This document shows, one piece after another, positions 17,732-26,619 of a stretch of DNA of 64,000 nucleotides. The DNA is taken from IMG/VR virus record IMGVR_UViG_3300028888_000007, positions 1-64,000 of that record. One strand, 5' to 3'. Origin of the DNA: a virus. Taxonomy: Duplodnaviria > Caudoviricetes. The notes under the pieces were generated by a model that saw only the letters and a list, made by a program, of their open reading frames with translations, did no database searches and was not told where the DNA came from. The position numbers and the translations under genes were made by a program. How positions within the stretch are numbered: position 1 is the first letter of the stretch; every line of letters begins with the position of its first letter.

Positions 17732-17748
17732 CGTTCTTTGAAATATTG
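17732..17748 (+). promoter_or_regulatory. boxA-like antitermination site
   Basis: CGTTCTTTGAAATATTG about 20 nt after the promoter, preceded by a GTGTT/AACAC mini-hairpin. Confidence 0.5.
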
Positions 17749-17872
17749 GTACAAACAAAGGTTTTTTAAAGTGATTAATTTTTAAACCATTTCTTTAAAT
17801 AAAATATCTGAATATAACAGAATTAAAGAATAAAATAAAAATATAAATCACTCTTAATTTATTATTTTAATT

Positions 17873-18208
17873 ATGCAAAAGTTTAATGAAGAAGAAAGAA
17901 AAATGCTTGCAGAAATGGGCATTTCTTTCGAGAGCGGTGGTAATTCTGAAATTTTGAAAAAAGAATTTCAAACCAAAAAATTCCGTCGTATTTGTAGGGA
18001 TAAAATGATAGAGTTATTAAAAATTTTATCTGCTTGCAAAACTAAGGAGCAGTTTAATACTTTTTACGCTAAATTTGCAAAAGAATATAAGTATTGGTTT
18101 ATTTCTCAGAACCCAAAGGACTCTTCTGTTTTTTCTCGTTTTCGCAACGACACAAACAGGGATTTTGTAGAAAAAGCGTATAAAGTTATTGAAAAATTTT
18201 CTAAATAG
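17873..18208 (+). CDS. Basic hypothetical protein in AT-rich island
   Basis: ORF track. Confidence 0.7.
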   Translation: MQKFNEEERKMLAEMGISFESGGNSEILKKEFQTKKFRRICRDKMIELLKILSACKTKEQFNTFYAKFAKEYKYWFISQNPKDSSVFSRFRNDTNRDFVEKAYKVIEKFSK

Positions 18209-18212
18209 TTTT

Positions 18213-18250
18213 ATTAATTAAGTGGTGCAAATTTGCACCACTTAATTAAT
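18213..18250. repeat. 38-bp perfect palindrome, copy 2
   Basis: ATTAATTAAGTGGTGCAAA|TTTGCACCACTTAATTAAT. Confidence 0.9.
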
Positions 18251-18260
18251 TTACAAGATT

Positions 18261-18554
18261 ATGAAGAAAAAAATTAAATTGCTTTTAAAGCGGTTACGAA
18301 TTTACGGTGGTTTAAAGACTGATATTAAAAGCGCACAATTTTTATTATTAGTCTTTAGAGATACGCAATTTCTTAAATTACCTAAAAAACAACAAAAGAT
18401 AATTTTAGAAAATTTACTTTCTTATTTTGATAACTTAATTTTAGGTATTGATACACCAAAGAAACAAAATAAACATTTTAATTCTTTGGAAATTCAAAAC
18501 CATATCAGAAATAAAGTTATTGATTTATGTAATTATCCAACACCCAAATATTAA
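18261..18554 (+). CDS. Basic hypothetical protein in AT-rich island
   Basis: ORF track. Confidence 0.65.
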   Translation: MKKKIKLLLKRLRIYGGLKTDIKSAQFLLLVFRDTQFLKLPKKQQKIILENLLSYFDNLILGIDTPKKQNKHFNSLEIQNHIRNKVIDLCNYPTPKY

Positions 18555-18588
18555 ATTAAGATGGTGCAAATTGCACCATCTTAATTTA
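18552..18588. repeat. Palindrome copy 3 (18-bp arms, 1-nt centre)
   Basis: TAAATTAAGATGGTGCAA-A-TTGCACCATCTTAATTTA. Confidence 0.9.
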
Positions 18589-18722
18589 TTGTTATTGGTA
18601 TGGATAAAATTATAAAATTAGTGCAAATATCAAATCGTTTAATTGTTTATTAACTATGTATAATTTTTCAAGGTGTAAAAAATGCCATAACTTATATTGT
18701 TGGTGGCGTATTTTAAACAAAA

Positions 18723-18935
18723 ATGAGAGTAAAATCGAAGGACTTAATTATGAGCAAAAAAAACACATGTCTCATTGCTCAAGATTCATTAAATCTAAAT
18801 AATATGGCAAAAGTTGTATTAGAGCTCGATTTTGAAACGTTTGATACGTTAATAAATCAATTAGAGAATTTTATTCTTGAAACGGACAGCGAAGAAGAAA
18901 AACAAATAATTCGTGAATTAATTGAGAAACTTTAA
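18723..18935 (+). CDS. Small hypothetical protein (start uncertain)
   Basis: ORF track. Confidence 0.5.
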   Translation: MRVKSKDLIMSKKNTCLIAQDSLNLNNMAKVVLELDFETFDTLINQLENFILETDSEEEKQIIRELIEKL

Positions 18936-19103
18936 TTAAAAAAACATGGTTAAAGAAGTATCTTTATTAAACGTTGAAAAAATCTTTCTTCGAAAAAACG
19001 GTGTTATTAATTTAAAATTTAAATATCCAATACCTTTAAAAAGAGCTAAAGAAATTATTAGTAATTACTCTTATAAGGTAGCAATATTTAAATAACTATA
19101 ATT

Positions 19104-19129
19104 AAGAGGGTGCAAATTTGCACCCTCTT
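19104..19129. repeat. Palindrome copy 4 (likely plus-strand terminator)
   Basis: AAGAGGGTGCAAA|TTTGCACCCTCTT followed by a T run. Confidence 0.85.
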
Positions 19130-19459
19130 TTTTTTTATTCTTACATATTTAATCAATGAAAAATGAAAAACACAAAAATCCATTTTAAGCCCTTAAAATT
19201 TTAAATATAATGTTGTACCTTACTTTTATTTTTAAATCGATTTATGCACGTCCACCGTTCCCCACTTTGGATGCCTGGAGTTTGGCATATACGATAAGGG
19301 AATCCGTTCCCCTCCCTAAGTACTACTACCTAGCATATACGTATAAGGGATTCCTGACATCCCACACAAGCACACAGCACAAGGCACACCACACAAAAGC
19401 CCAGGCAATATACTACTACCTGGACCTCCTATATGTATTAAAGGGCTTCTTAGATATTC

Positions 19460-19654
19460 TCATCTAATATCCTTAATCAATTTACTTATAACACTATCTA
19501 AATGAAACCTAAGCTCCTTATCTTCTCTAAACTTATACCTTATAGATTTTAGGATTTCGATATCTAACCTAGTTTTCTCCTTCTCAAGGTCAGGTTCTTT
19601 CTTCTCCTTAGGATATGGAGTAAACCTACATATCTTACCCTTTCTGTTCGCCAT
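19460..19654 (-). CDS. Small hypothetical protein
   Basis: Last gene of the overlapping minus-strand operon. Confidence 0.65.
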   Translation of the reverse strand: MANRKGKICRFTPYPKEKKEPDLEKEKTRLDIEILKSIRYKFREDKELRFHLDSVISKLIKDIR

Positions 19655-19895
19655 ATCTCTCTAACTCTTTACAAAAATCCCTAACCTTAATAAACACATC
19701 CACTAAATTTTTACCATCAAATGATTGTTCTCCTTTTGTATTACCTTTTTTAAATTCTACCTTACCAGTAAAGTATGGAGTACCCCTTAATAGAGATCTA
19801 CCATATACAATCATAATACTAGTTATATTCTCTACATTAAATGGGTTTACTATACAAGATGGTAAATTAGAATTACCAAATATATCATTACTCAT
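19635..19895 (-). CDS. Hypothetical protein
   Basis: ORF track. Confidence 0.7.
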   Translation of the reverse strand: MSNDIFGNSNLPSCIVNPFNVENITSIMIVYGRSLLRGTPYFTGKVEFKKGNTKGEQSFDGKNLVDVFIKVRDFCKELERYGEQKG

Positions 19896-19897
19896 AA

Positions 19898-20125
19898 TTA
19901 CCTTCTTTTTAGTGAATTAAGGCAATCCTTAATAATAAATAACGGATAAATAACCCAAATCTTCAATAAACCAATTATAAAACCTTGTTTCATTGCCTTA
20001 CAAGCAACATCATCTTTATCTTTATATAACCAGAATGCTATAGCAGTTTTAAATGCTGGTATAAAAGCTACGCCATATACTATGGCAATAATAATACAAA
20101 AATTGTACCAAAACGTGTGATTCAT
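19898..20125 (-). CDS. Small membrane protein
   Basis: Two hydrophobic segments. Confidence 0.7.
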   Translation of the reverse strand: MNHTFWYNFCIIIAIVYGVAFIPAFKTAIAFWLYKDKDDVACKAMKQGFIIGLLKIWVIYPLFIIKDCLNSLKRR

Positions 20126-20484
20126 TGTCCTATAAATTTTTCTATTATACTTCTAAATTCCTTAAGCCAACCTTGGTCAACCCTAATATCCTTCTTCTCT
20201 ATTTCTTTCTTTATTGCAGGGATGAGATTGATCAACTGAACTCGATTGATATAAGCTTCATAAATTTTATAACCTTCACTACCTGGTTCATAGAGATAAG
20301 CCTTAGCTTCAGACCTTCTGCCAGCTCTTTTAAAGTAACCCTTTTTAAGGATCTCTCGGTTTAATACTATGCCGTTAGCAAGAACAGCAGTTCCATTCTC
20401 CTTGTCTACTCTGATAACCTTAGTCCTATCGATAAGATTAGCTTCTACATAGACAACTTCCATTTCTGGTTTGAGCTTTGTCAT
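20122..20484 (-). CDS. Hypothetical protein
   Basis: ORF track; downstream of promoter 20525-20556. Confidence 0.75.
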   Translation of the reverse strand: MTKLKPEMEVVYVEANLIDRTKVIRVDKENGTAVLANGIVLNREILKKGYFKRAGRRSEAKAYLYEPGSEGYKIYEAYINRVQLINLIPAIKKEIEKKDIRVDQGWLKEFRSIIEKFIGQ

Positions 20485-20524
20485 TGTGGTTTAATATTTA
20501 ATTATCAATAAATTTTTATCAATG

Positions 20525-20556
20525 CAAAATTACAAAATTATTTTTAATTATGCAAA
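20525..20556 (-). promoter_or_regulatory. Bacteroidota sigma-A-type promoter
   Basis: Reverse complement of the 8477-8508 core. Confidence 0.9.
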
Positions 20557-20559
20557 TTT

Positions 20560-20772
20560 TTATATTAAATAATTATGTATAACTTCGGTTTGTTGAGAGA
20601 AGAGCCCATAGTGGTTATATGAAAGATTATCTAGGCGATCATAGATTAAATCTTCAACCTCTTCTTCTGATTTACCTTGGATAGGGAATAGTGTAATTAA
20701 CTGACCAAGAAAATCAGAATCTTCATCTATTTGGCAATAATTTTCATACCAATTAACAGTTACTTTGTACAT
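20560..20772 (-). CDS. Small acidic hypothetical protein
   Basis: ORF track. Confidence 0.6.
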   Translation of the reverse strand: MYKVTVNWYENYCQIDEDSDFLGQLITLFPIQGKSEEEVEDLIYDRLDNLSYNHYGLFSQQTEVIHNYLI

Positions 20773-20873
20773 ACGATCCTATTATTTTATATTATTATAA
20801 TATCATATAGAACTCCGAGTATAAGATGTTCTCGGCAATACTCATATCCATTTTATTATAAACAATTTAAATT

Positions 20874-21422
20874 ATGGCAATTAACGAAAAACAATGGGCC
20901 TTTGCTAAAAGGGTCTACCAAGCAGCCATGGGTGGAGAAATACACCCATTATTTGTAACAGCTCAAGCTGTCCTAGAAACAGGATGGGGAGCTCATACTA
21001 TTGGAGAGAATAATATTTTTGGTATTACCAAAGGATCATGGACAGGTCCAATAGATATGGTAGAAACCAAAGAGTATTTTAAGCATGACAAAAAGACATT
21101 CACTCCACCTGATAAGATACTCAGGAAAATAAAACTAGACAGTGGACGGTGGCAGTACACAGTAAAACGAGCTTTCCGTCACTATGAGACTCTCTCAGAA
21201 TGCCTTGCAGATCATACTTCTATCTTCAAGAAGTCGATGTATGACGATGCTTGGCCATACAGAAATAAGCCTTTAATGTTTGCTTTGAAGATCACTGATA
21301 ATAATAAAGCGAAATACGCTACCTCTCCAGTTTATTATCAGAGTCTAAGATCGTTAATAATAACCATCGGTGCAAGAGAGGATTGGTTAAAGGAAAAAGA
21401 AAATGAAAATAGTACAAAATAA
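20874..21422 (+). CDS. GH73 glucosaminidase/FlgJ-like peptidoglycan hydrolase (probable endolysin)
   Basis: AQAVLETGWG, NNIFGI, FRHYETL, YATSPVY motifs. Confidence 0.85.
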   Translation: MAINEKQWAFAKRVYQAAMGGEIHPLFVTAQAVLETGWGAHTIGENNIFGITKGSWTGPIDMVETKEYFKHDKKTFTPPDKILRKIKLDSGRWQYTVKRAFRHYETLSECLADHTSIFKKSMYDDAWPYRNKPLMFALKITDNNKAKYATSPVYYQSLRSLIITIGAREDWLKEKENENSTK

Positions 21423-21747
21423 GATAATACCTCTTCCTGGATATCTAGCTATAAATATAGCTGGTATAATTTTTACAAGGGACAAAGAAAAATTTCTTAA
21501 AAATCCAGCCTTTTCAAGACACGAATATACCCATACGCTTCAGTGGAAAGAGCTTTGGTATGTTGGTTTTCTACCAATTTACTTTTATTTTTATTTAAAA
21601 AACAGACTTTGGTATGGTATGGACCATAAAAAAGCTTATAAGCATATACCATTAGAGGCTGAAGCTTATAATACTCAAAATACAGACTGGTATAATGAGC
21701 ATCGAGAGAAGTTTGCTTGGAGGTATTACATTAAAATGTTAAAATAA
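21403..21747 (+). CDS. HExxH-containing hypothetical protein
   Basis: RHEYTH motif; EAEAY downstream. Confidence 0.65.
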   Translation: MKIVQNKIIPLPGYLAINIAGIIFTRDKEKFLKNPAFSRHEYTHTLQWKELWYVGFLPIYFYFYLKNRLWYGMDHKKAYKHIPLEAEAYNTQNTDWYNEHREKFAWRYYIKMLK

Positions 21748-21748
21748 T

Positions 21749-22771
21749 ATGAAAAAAACTAGAGTGTTAGGGGTTGCAGGTGGAGCAGGAGCTCTTCTGC
21801 ATCCCTTTTTAAATGACAAAAATTACCAAATTCTCGGTAATATAGAGCCAAGAATGGTGTTTCACACTAAGAATGAAGAGAATTGGGAGCTTAATTTTGG
21901 TAAAATACCGTTTAAAACCGAATTTTTTGACCTAAAGAAGCGTCCAAACATCATAGTTGGGAGCCCAGACTGTGGAGCTAGCTCCACTATGAGACTCTCA
22001 AAAGTAAAAGAACTCGGTAACCCAGAGAAAAATAAGACCATTAACCTATTAATTCAGGCAGTTTTAACTTATAAACCCGAGATTTTTCTGTTAGAGAACG
22101 TACCTAAGCTCTTAAACTTAATGCCAACTGATGTATGGGAAAGTATTTTTAAAAAATATGACCTTATATTTCATAATCATTCTATGGCAGACCTTGGTAA
22201 TTCACAAGTATCAAGGAAAAGGTTATTAATTATAGGGGTTAAAAAAGGTAATTCTAAGTTTAATAAAGAAAGTTTCCAAAAGATTTTCCAAGTTAATACC
22301 CCAAAAGTCACTAGAAATTTACTGGAGGCAGCCTATTTTGAAGGAAATAATACCAATTATATGCCGCCGAAAAATAAAATAATGGCGATGTATGATTATC
22401 GTAAACTACCTAAGAAAGAAAACCTTACGGTTAAAAGGATACACTACCTTTGGACCCATGACTTCAAATCAGAAAAGAAATGGCCTATTAAAACAGCTAA
22501 AATGTCTACTCTCCCAGGAGTATATAGGTTAGAATCAGATAGGCCACCACTTACTGTAAGACCTGCAGATAGGCAATTTAGGCCTGATGGATGGCCTCTT
22601 GGAATAGTGGATATCAGGAATATTATGGGATTCCCTAAAACTTTTAAGGTTTACTACGATCCAGATGAACCCATTTATTGGATGAATAAGGCTAGGAATG
22701 TATTTGCAAAGGGTGCCTGTTATGAGGTAGGATTATGGTTTAAGGATTGCCTGGATAACACTACCTTTTAA
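21749..22771 (+). CDS. DNA (cytosine-5)-methyltransferase, divergent
   Basis: Motif IV GSPDCG, motif VI LLENV, motif VIII QVSRKR, motif IX-like region; motif I degenerate (GVAGGAG). Confidence 0.8.
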   Translation: MKKTRVLGVAGGAGALLHPFLNDKNYQILGNIEPRMVFHTKNEENWELNFGKIPFKTEFFDLKKRPNIIVGSPDCGASSTMRLSKVKELGNPEKNKTINLLIQAVLTYKPEIFLLENVPKLLNLMPTDVWESIFKKYDLIFHNHSMADLGNSQVSRKRLLIIGVKKGNSKFNKESFQKIFQVNTPKVTRNLLEAAYFEGNNTNYMPPKNKIMAMYDYRKLPKKENLTVKRIHYLWTHDFKSEKKWPIKTAKMSTLPGVYRLESDRPPLTVRPADRQFRPDGWPLGIVDIRNIMGFPKTFKVYYDPDEPIYWMNKARNVFAKGACYEVGLWFKDCLDNTTF

Positions 22772-23012
22772 CATTTATTAACAAAAATATATAGATATAT
22801 AATAAGCAAAGCTTATATATCTATATATTTTTATAGGCCTTTATATATTAGCTTTAGCTATATATAAGAAAATCGTTAATAAGCTGATATTTAAGTTCTT
22901 TGCTTATTAGAGCTTTCTCGGTAAACCTCGAAAGCGATTGGCTGAAATCAGCCAATCAGAAGTTAGATATTAGAGCTATATAACTGTGTTAAATTTTAAT
23001 TTCTATTGATAA

Positions 23013-23630
23013 ATGAAGTGGAAAATAATTAGCTTTCTGTTATTAGGGATTACTATTATCCTATGCTTTGGTTATTTAAACCAGAAGCGGGAGATCTCAA
23101 AACTTAATGCACAATCGAAAGTTATAGGCAAAACCGATACCATTTATGTAAATAAGCCTTATAAACCAGAAAAAGAATATGGTACTCAGGTATTACCAAA
23201 ATATGTATTCTTTTATGGTAACATTGGTTCCGAAGAAAAAGAACTAAATAATAAAGCCGATACCTTTTCAAAAGGTGATTCTCTTGTTCAGATGCTTCTC
23301 AGTAAGAAAGATATAAGTCTTTCCTTTTTTAGGCCATCAACTGAATCTTTCTTCACTGAGAAGTTTAATTTAGACTTAGAGAATTTTTCATACAATTGGG
23401 TAAACGGAAAACTAACTCAGAAAAAAACAGGGTTTAAATTAAAGTTAGAACCCTATGTTTATGCCAAGTATCGATACTTTAATCGGATGGCAGATATGGG
23501 AATAGGAATTTCATTCAAGACTCTAAACCTACAATATAAACTTGGTCTAAATGAATTTTATTATCCTTGCCTACAAGATAAATTGGGCACAGATCTAGAG
23601 TTTTCAATCACCTATAACTTGAGTAAATAA
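23013..23630 (+). CDS. Membrane-anchored protein, possible spanin-like
   Basis: N-terminal hydrophobic segment; near the lysin; spanin call is inference. Confidence 0.45.
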   Translation: MKWKIISFLLLGITIILCFGYLNQKREISKLNAQSKVIGKTDTIYVNKPYKPEKEYGTQVLPKYVFFYGNIGSEEKELNNKADTFSKGDSLVQMLLSKKDISLSFFRPSTESFFTEKFNLDLENFSYNWVNGKLTQKKTGFKLKLEPYVYAKYRYFNRMADMGIGISFKTLNLQYKLGLNEFYYPCLQDKLGTDLEFSITYNLSK

Positions 23631-25129
23631 TGGCTAAGAAAATAGAAACTCCTAGTAGCTTAACCAAGGAAGAACTTAAAATCTTGGCAAAGGTTGCAAA
23701 CGATGTTTTCTTTTTCAGCACCTTCTGTTATGTAATACATCCGGTAAGGGGAAAAACCCATTTCTACCTCTACCCGTATCAGAAGTCAGTACTCTATCAA
23801 TTCGTTCTTCAGCGATTTAATATAATCCTGAAGTTTCGACAAGCCGGTATAACCGAGCTCATTTCAATGTACTGCCTCTGGTTAGCTATGTTCCATGACA
23901 ACAAGAAGATAAACATTATCTCCATCAAGGACACCGTTGCCAAAAAGGTACTACGCAAGATTAAGTACATGTACAAGAATCTCCCGTGGTATATGCAAAC
24001 ACCGATCATTAACGGTCGTCCTGGAGAGTATGGCTCGGCCAGTACAATGGAATTCGCTAATGGTTCATTTATTGAATCTATACCGACATCACCAGAGGCT
24101 GGACGTTCAGAAGCTTTGACATTATTGGTTATCGATGAGGCAGCAATGGTACGGTGGGCTGGCCAGATTTGGGCAGCCGCACTTCCTACACTATCCACTG
24201 GTGGATCTGCTATCGTAAACTCTACACCATTGGGAATGGGTAATTTTTACCACTCCACTTGGGTAGATGCCATGGCTCATGCCAATGAGTTTAATCCTCT
24301 TCGTTTATACTGGAGAATGCACCCGGAACGAGATGATCGCTGGTATCAGACGATGTCAAAAAACCTTGGTGCACGACGAACGGCACAAGAGATAGATGGA
24401 GACTTCCTTGGATCTGGTAACACTGTATTTGACCTGACTGATATCAAGGCAATCGAAGACTGTTTAACAGATTACCCTGCTATTGTAAAACGTATGAATG
24501 GCCAATATAGGCAATTCTGTAAACCGAAAGACAATATGGAGTATTTCATAGGAGCAGACGTTTCAACTGGTAGGTCAACTGACTACTCATCTTTTACCTG
24601 TATGGATAAATCAGGAGAAGAACAATGCGTATATAAGGGTCGAATCCCAGTAGATAAGTATGCCCAACTCTTAGGAGATACAGGCAGATTGTTTAACTGG
24701 GCCCTTTTAGCTCCAGAGTCAAATGATGTTGGATTAGCAGTTACGTCAAAGTTACAGACCGAAGGATACCCTCGGCTGTATTACTATCAGAAGATGTTAA
24801 AAAAGAAAGGTAAGCATAAGCCAGAAGTAGATGCTTCTCCTGGCTGGCTTACAACTACCAAGAATAGAACTATCATAATTGAGGGACTTGAGGAAGACGT
24901 TCGAGAAGGTAACATAATAATCAAGGACCCATTTTTTGTACAAGAAGCTTATACCTTTATATATGACTCTTTAGGCAGACCTGTTGCTATGGGTAAACAT
25001 AGATTGAATACCCAGGCAGCAGATGAAGGTGAAGACGATCTTGTATATGCAGATGATGATATTTTTGGTAAAGCCATCTGTAATCACATTCGCAAGAGTA
25101 AAACAAACATAGTAGTACAACCAAGATGA
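23630..25129 (+). CDS. terL: Terminase large subunit
   Basis: KFRQAGITE Walker A variant, LLVIDEAA Walker B, IGADVSTG nuclease motif, C-terminal DDD. Confidence 0.95.
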   Translation: MAKKIETPSSLTKEELKILAKVANDVFFFSTFCYVIHPVRGKTHFYLYPYQKSVLYQFVLQRFNIILKFRQAGITELISMYCLWLAMFHDNKKINIISIKDTVAKKVLRKIKYMYKNLPWYMQTPIINGRPGEYGSASTMEFANGSFIESIPTSPEAGRSEALTLLVIDEAAMVRWAGQIWAAALPTLSTGGSAIVNSTPLGMGNFYHSTWVDAMAHANEFNPLRLYWRMHPERDDRWYQTMSKNLGARRTAQEIDGDFLGSGNTVFDLTDIKAIEDCLTDYPAIVKRMNGQYRQFCKPKDNMEYFIGADVSTGRSTDYSSFTCMDKSGEEQCVYKGRIPVDKYAQLLGDTGRLFNWALLAPESNDVGLAVTSKLQTEGYPRLYYYQKMLKKKGKHKPEVDASPGWLTTTKNRTIIIEGLEEDVREGNIIIKDPFFVQEAYTFIYDSLGRPVAMGKHRLNTQAADEGEDDLVYADDDIFGKAICNHIRKSKTNIVVQPR

Positions 25130-26619
25130 AGAACCCCTTTGTATTCTGGAGAAAAAAACCTAAGCTTGAATCTCCACCTCTTGTTGAAAATAACAAGGAG
25201 GGAATTAAATCAAAGGTATCTTCTATATCTCCTGGTCGGGTATCTGTCCCGGAAGATTCTACAGACTTTACTTCTACTTTACATGGTCTTACTCAAATGG
25301 TAACCCCATCATTTAGAGTAGAGGTAATTCAGTTGATTCGTAGGTTATATAAGGTTAATCCTGATATGGCAATCGCTATTCAGGAAACCTTTAAACTTGC
25401 GAACACTGGTCATATGATTACCTTCCCGAACAACACAGATCAGGAAGCAGAAAAGATGAGAAACCACCTCAAAGAAGCTACTAAGAAGTGGTCTGCTTAC
25501 TCTGCAGGTATAGATGGCCTTGTAAACAAAATGATTGTCCAACTTATGGTTGGAGGAGCTATTTCCGTAGAAGGAGTTCCTAACAATGATTTGGATGGTT
25601 TGGCAACAATTCTCTTTCTTAAGCCAGATAACATAAGGTTCAAGAGAGAGAATAATGGTGTTTATCAACCTTATCAACGTAATGAGAACTTCATGGTCAA
25701 GAATCTTGATTACATTAAGCTAAACACAGAAACCTATGTTTATGCTGGTATGTACAATGATACTGATGAACCATACGGAATTCCGCCATTTATGTCATCA
25801 CTTGACTCAATTAAAGGTCAACATGACATGATGACAAACTTTAAACATATCATGGAGCAGATGGGATTCCTTGGATTCTTATCAGCTAAAGTTGCTAAAC
25901 CTGACCCATATCCTGATGAGAATAAGAATAGGTATGAGGCTAGGCTTAATCGTACTCTTCTTCAGACTAAACAGAATCTGAAAGATGGTATGAAAGATGG
26001 TTTGGTAGTAGGTTATATGGATGACCATGAGTTTGATATGACTTCTACTACTAAAGATCTTGGCAGTGCTGATAAGCTTTGGAATCTTAACCAGCAGAGA
26101 GTTGCTAATGGTCTAGGTATCAATGGCAATATCATTGGAGTTAATGGAGCTAATACTGAAGGTGGTATGGGTATTATCCTTTCTAAGATGATATCTCAGC
26201 TTCGTAACATTCAGATGATAGTATCTTATGTGTTGGAGTTCCTTTATAACCTTGAGCTTCGTTTAGCGGGCTTTAATAATAAGGGAATAAAGATTACATG
26301 GGCTACCTCAACTATTGCTGATGATGTCAAAGTACAACAGGCATTGCAGTATAAGATAGCTAATTTGAACGCTCTATATAGAGATGGTATCATAGGTCAG
26401 GCTCAATATGCTTGGGAAATGGGTTATGATTCTCCGGATCAGGATGAACCTCGAGTAGATCCAGAGGATCAAGCTGGTGTAAAGAAGGAGAACTATGATC
26501 CTGATGACCCTGCTAGTAAAAAGAAAGATCAGGATAACGAGAATAAATCTGCTCGTAGGTCCAGGGATAAATCTAAATCTGCTCCAAAACGTGGAGATCA
26601 AAAATCAAATCCAAGATAA
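25126..26619 (+). CDS. Portal protein
   Basis: Follows terL; YGIPPF motif; size. Confidence 0.8.
   Translation: MKNPFVFWRKKPKLESPPLVENNKEGIKSKVSSISPGRVSVPEDSTDFTSTLHGLTQMVTPSFRVEVIQLIRRLYKVNPDMAIAIQETFKLANTGHMITFPNNTDQEAEKMRNHLKEATKKWSAYSAGIDGLVNKMIVQLMVGGAISVEGVPNNDLDGLATILFLKPDNIRFKRENNGVYQPYQRNENFMVKNLDYIKLNTETYVYAGMYNDTDEPYGIPPFMSSLDSIKGQHDMMTNFKHIMEQMGFLGFLSAKVAKPDPYPDENKNRYEARLNRTLLQTKQNLKDGMKDGLVVGYMDDHEFDMTSTTKDLGSADKLWNLNQQRVANGLGINGNIIGVNGANTEGGMGIILSKMISQLRNIQMIVSYVLEFLYNLELRLAGFNNKGIKITWATSTIADDVKVQQALQYKIANLNALYRDGIIGQAQYAWEMGYDSPDQDEPRVDPEDQAGVKKENYDPDDPASKKKDQDNENKSARRSRDKSKSAPKRGDQKSNPR

Noticed and set aside
19210-19467. Plus-strand 85-aa ORF
   Set aside because: Spans the island boundary and repeat tract with atypical composition; more likely non-coding
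20814-20860. Further copies of the candidate late promoter (also 36272 and 44171)
   Set aside because: Only 7-8 of 11 matches and the spacing to the ATAA box is wrong
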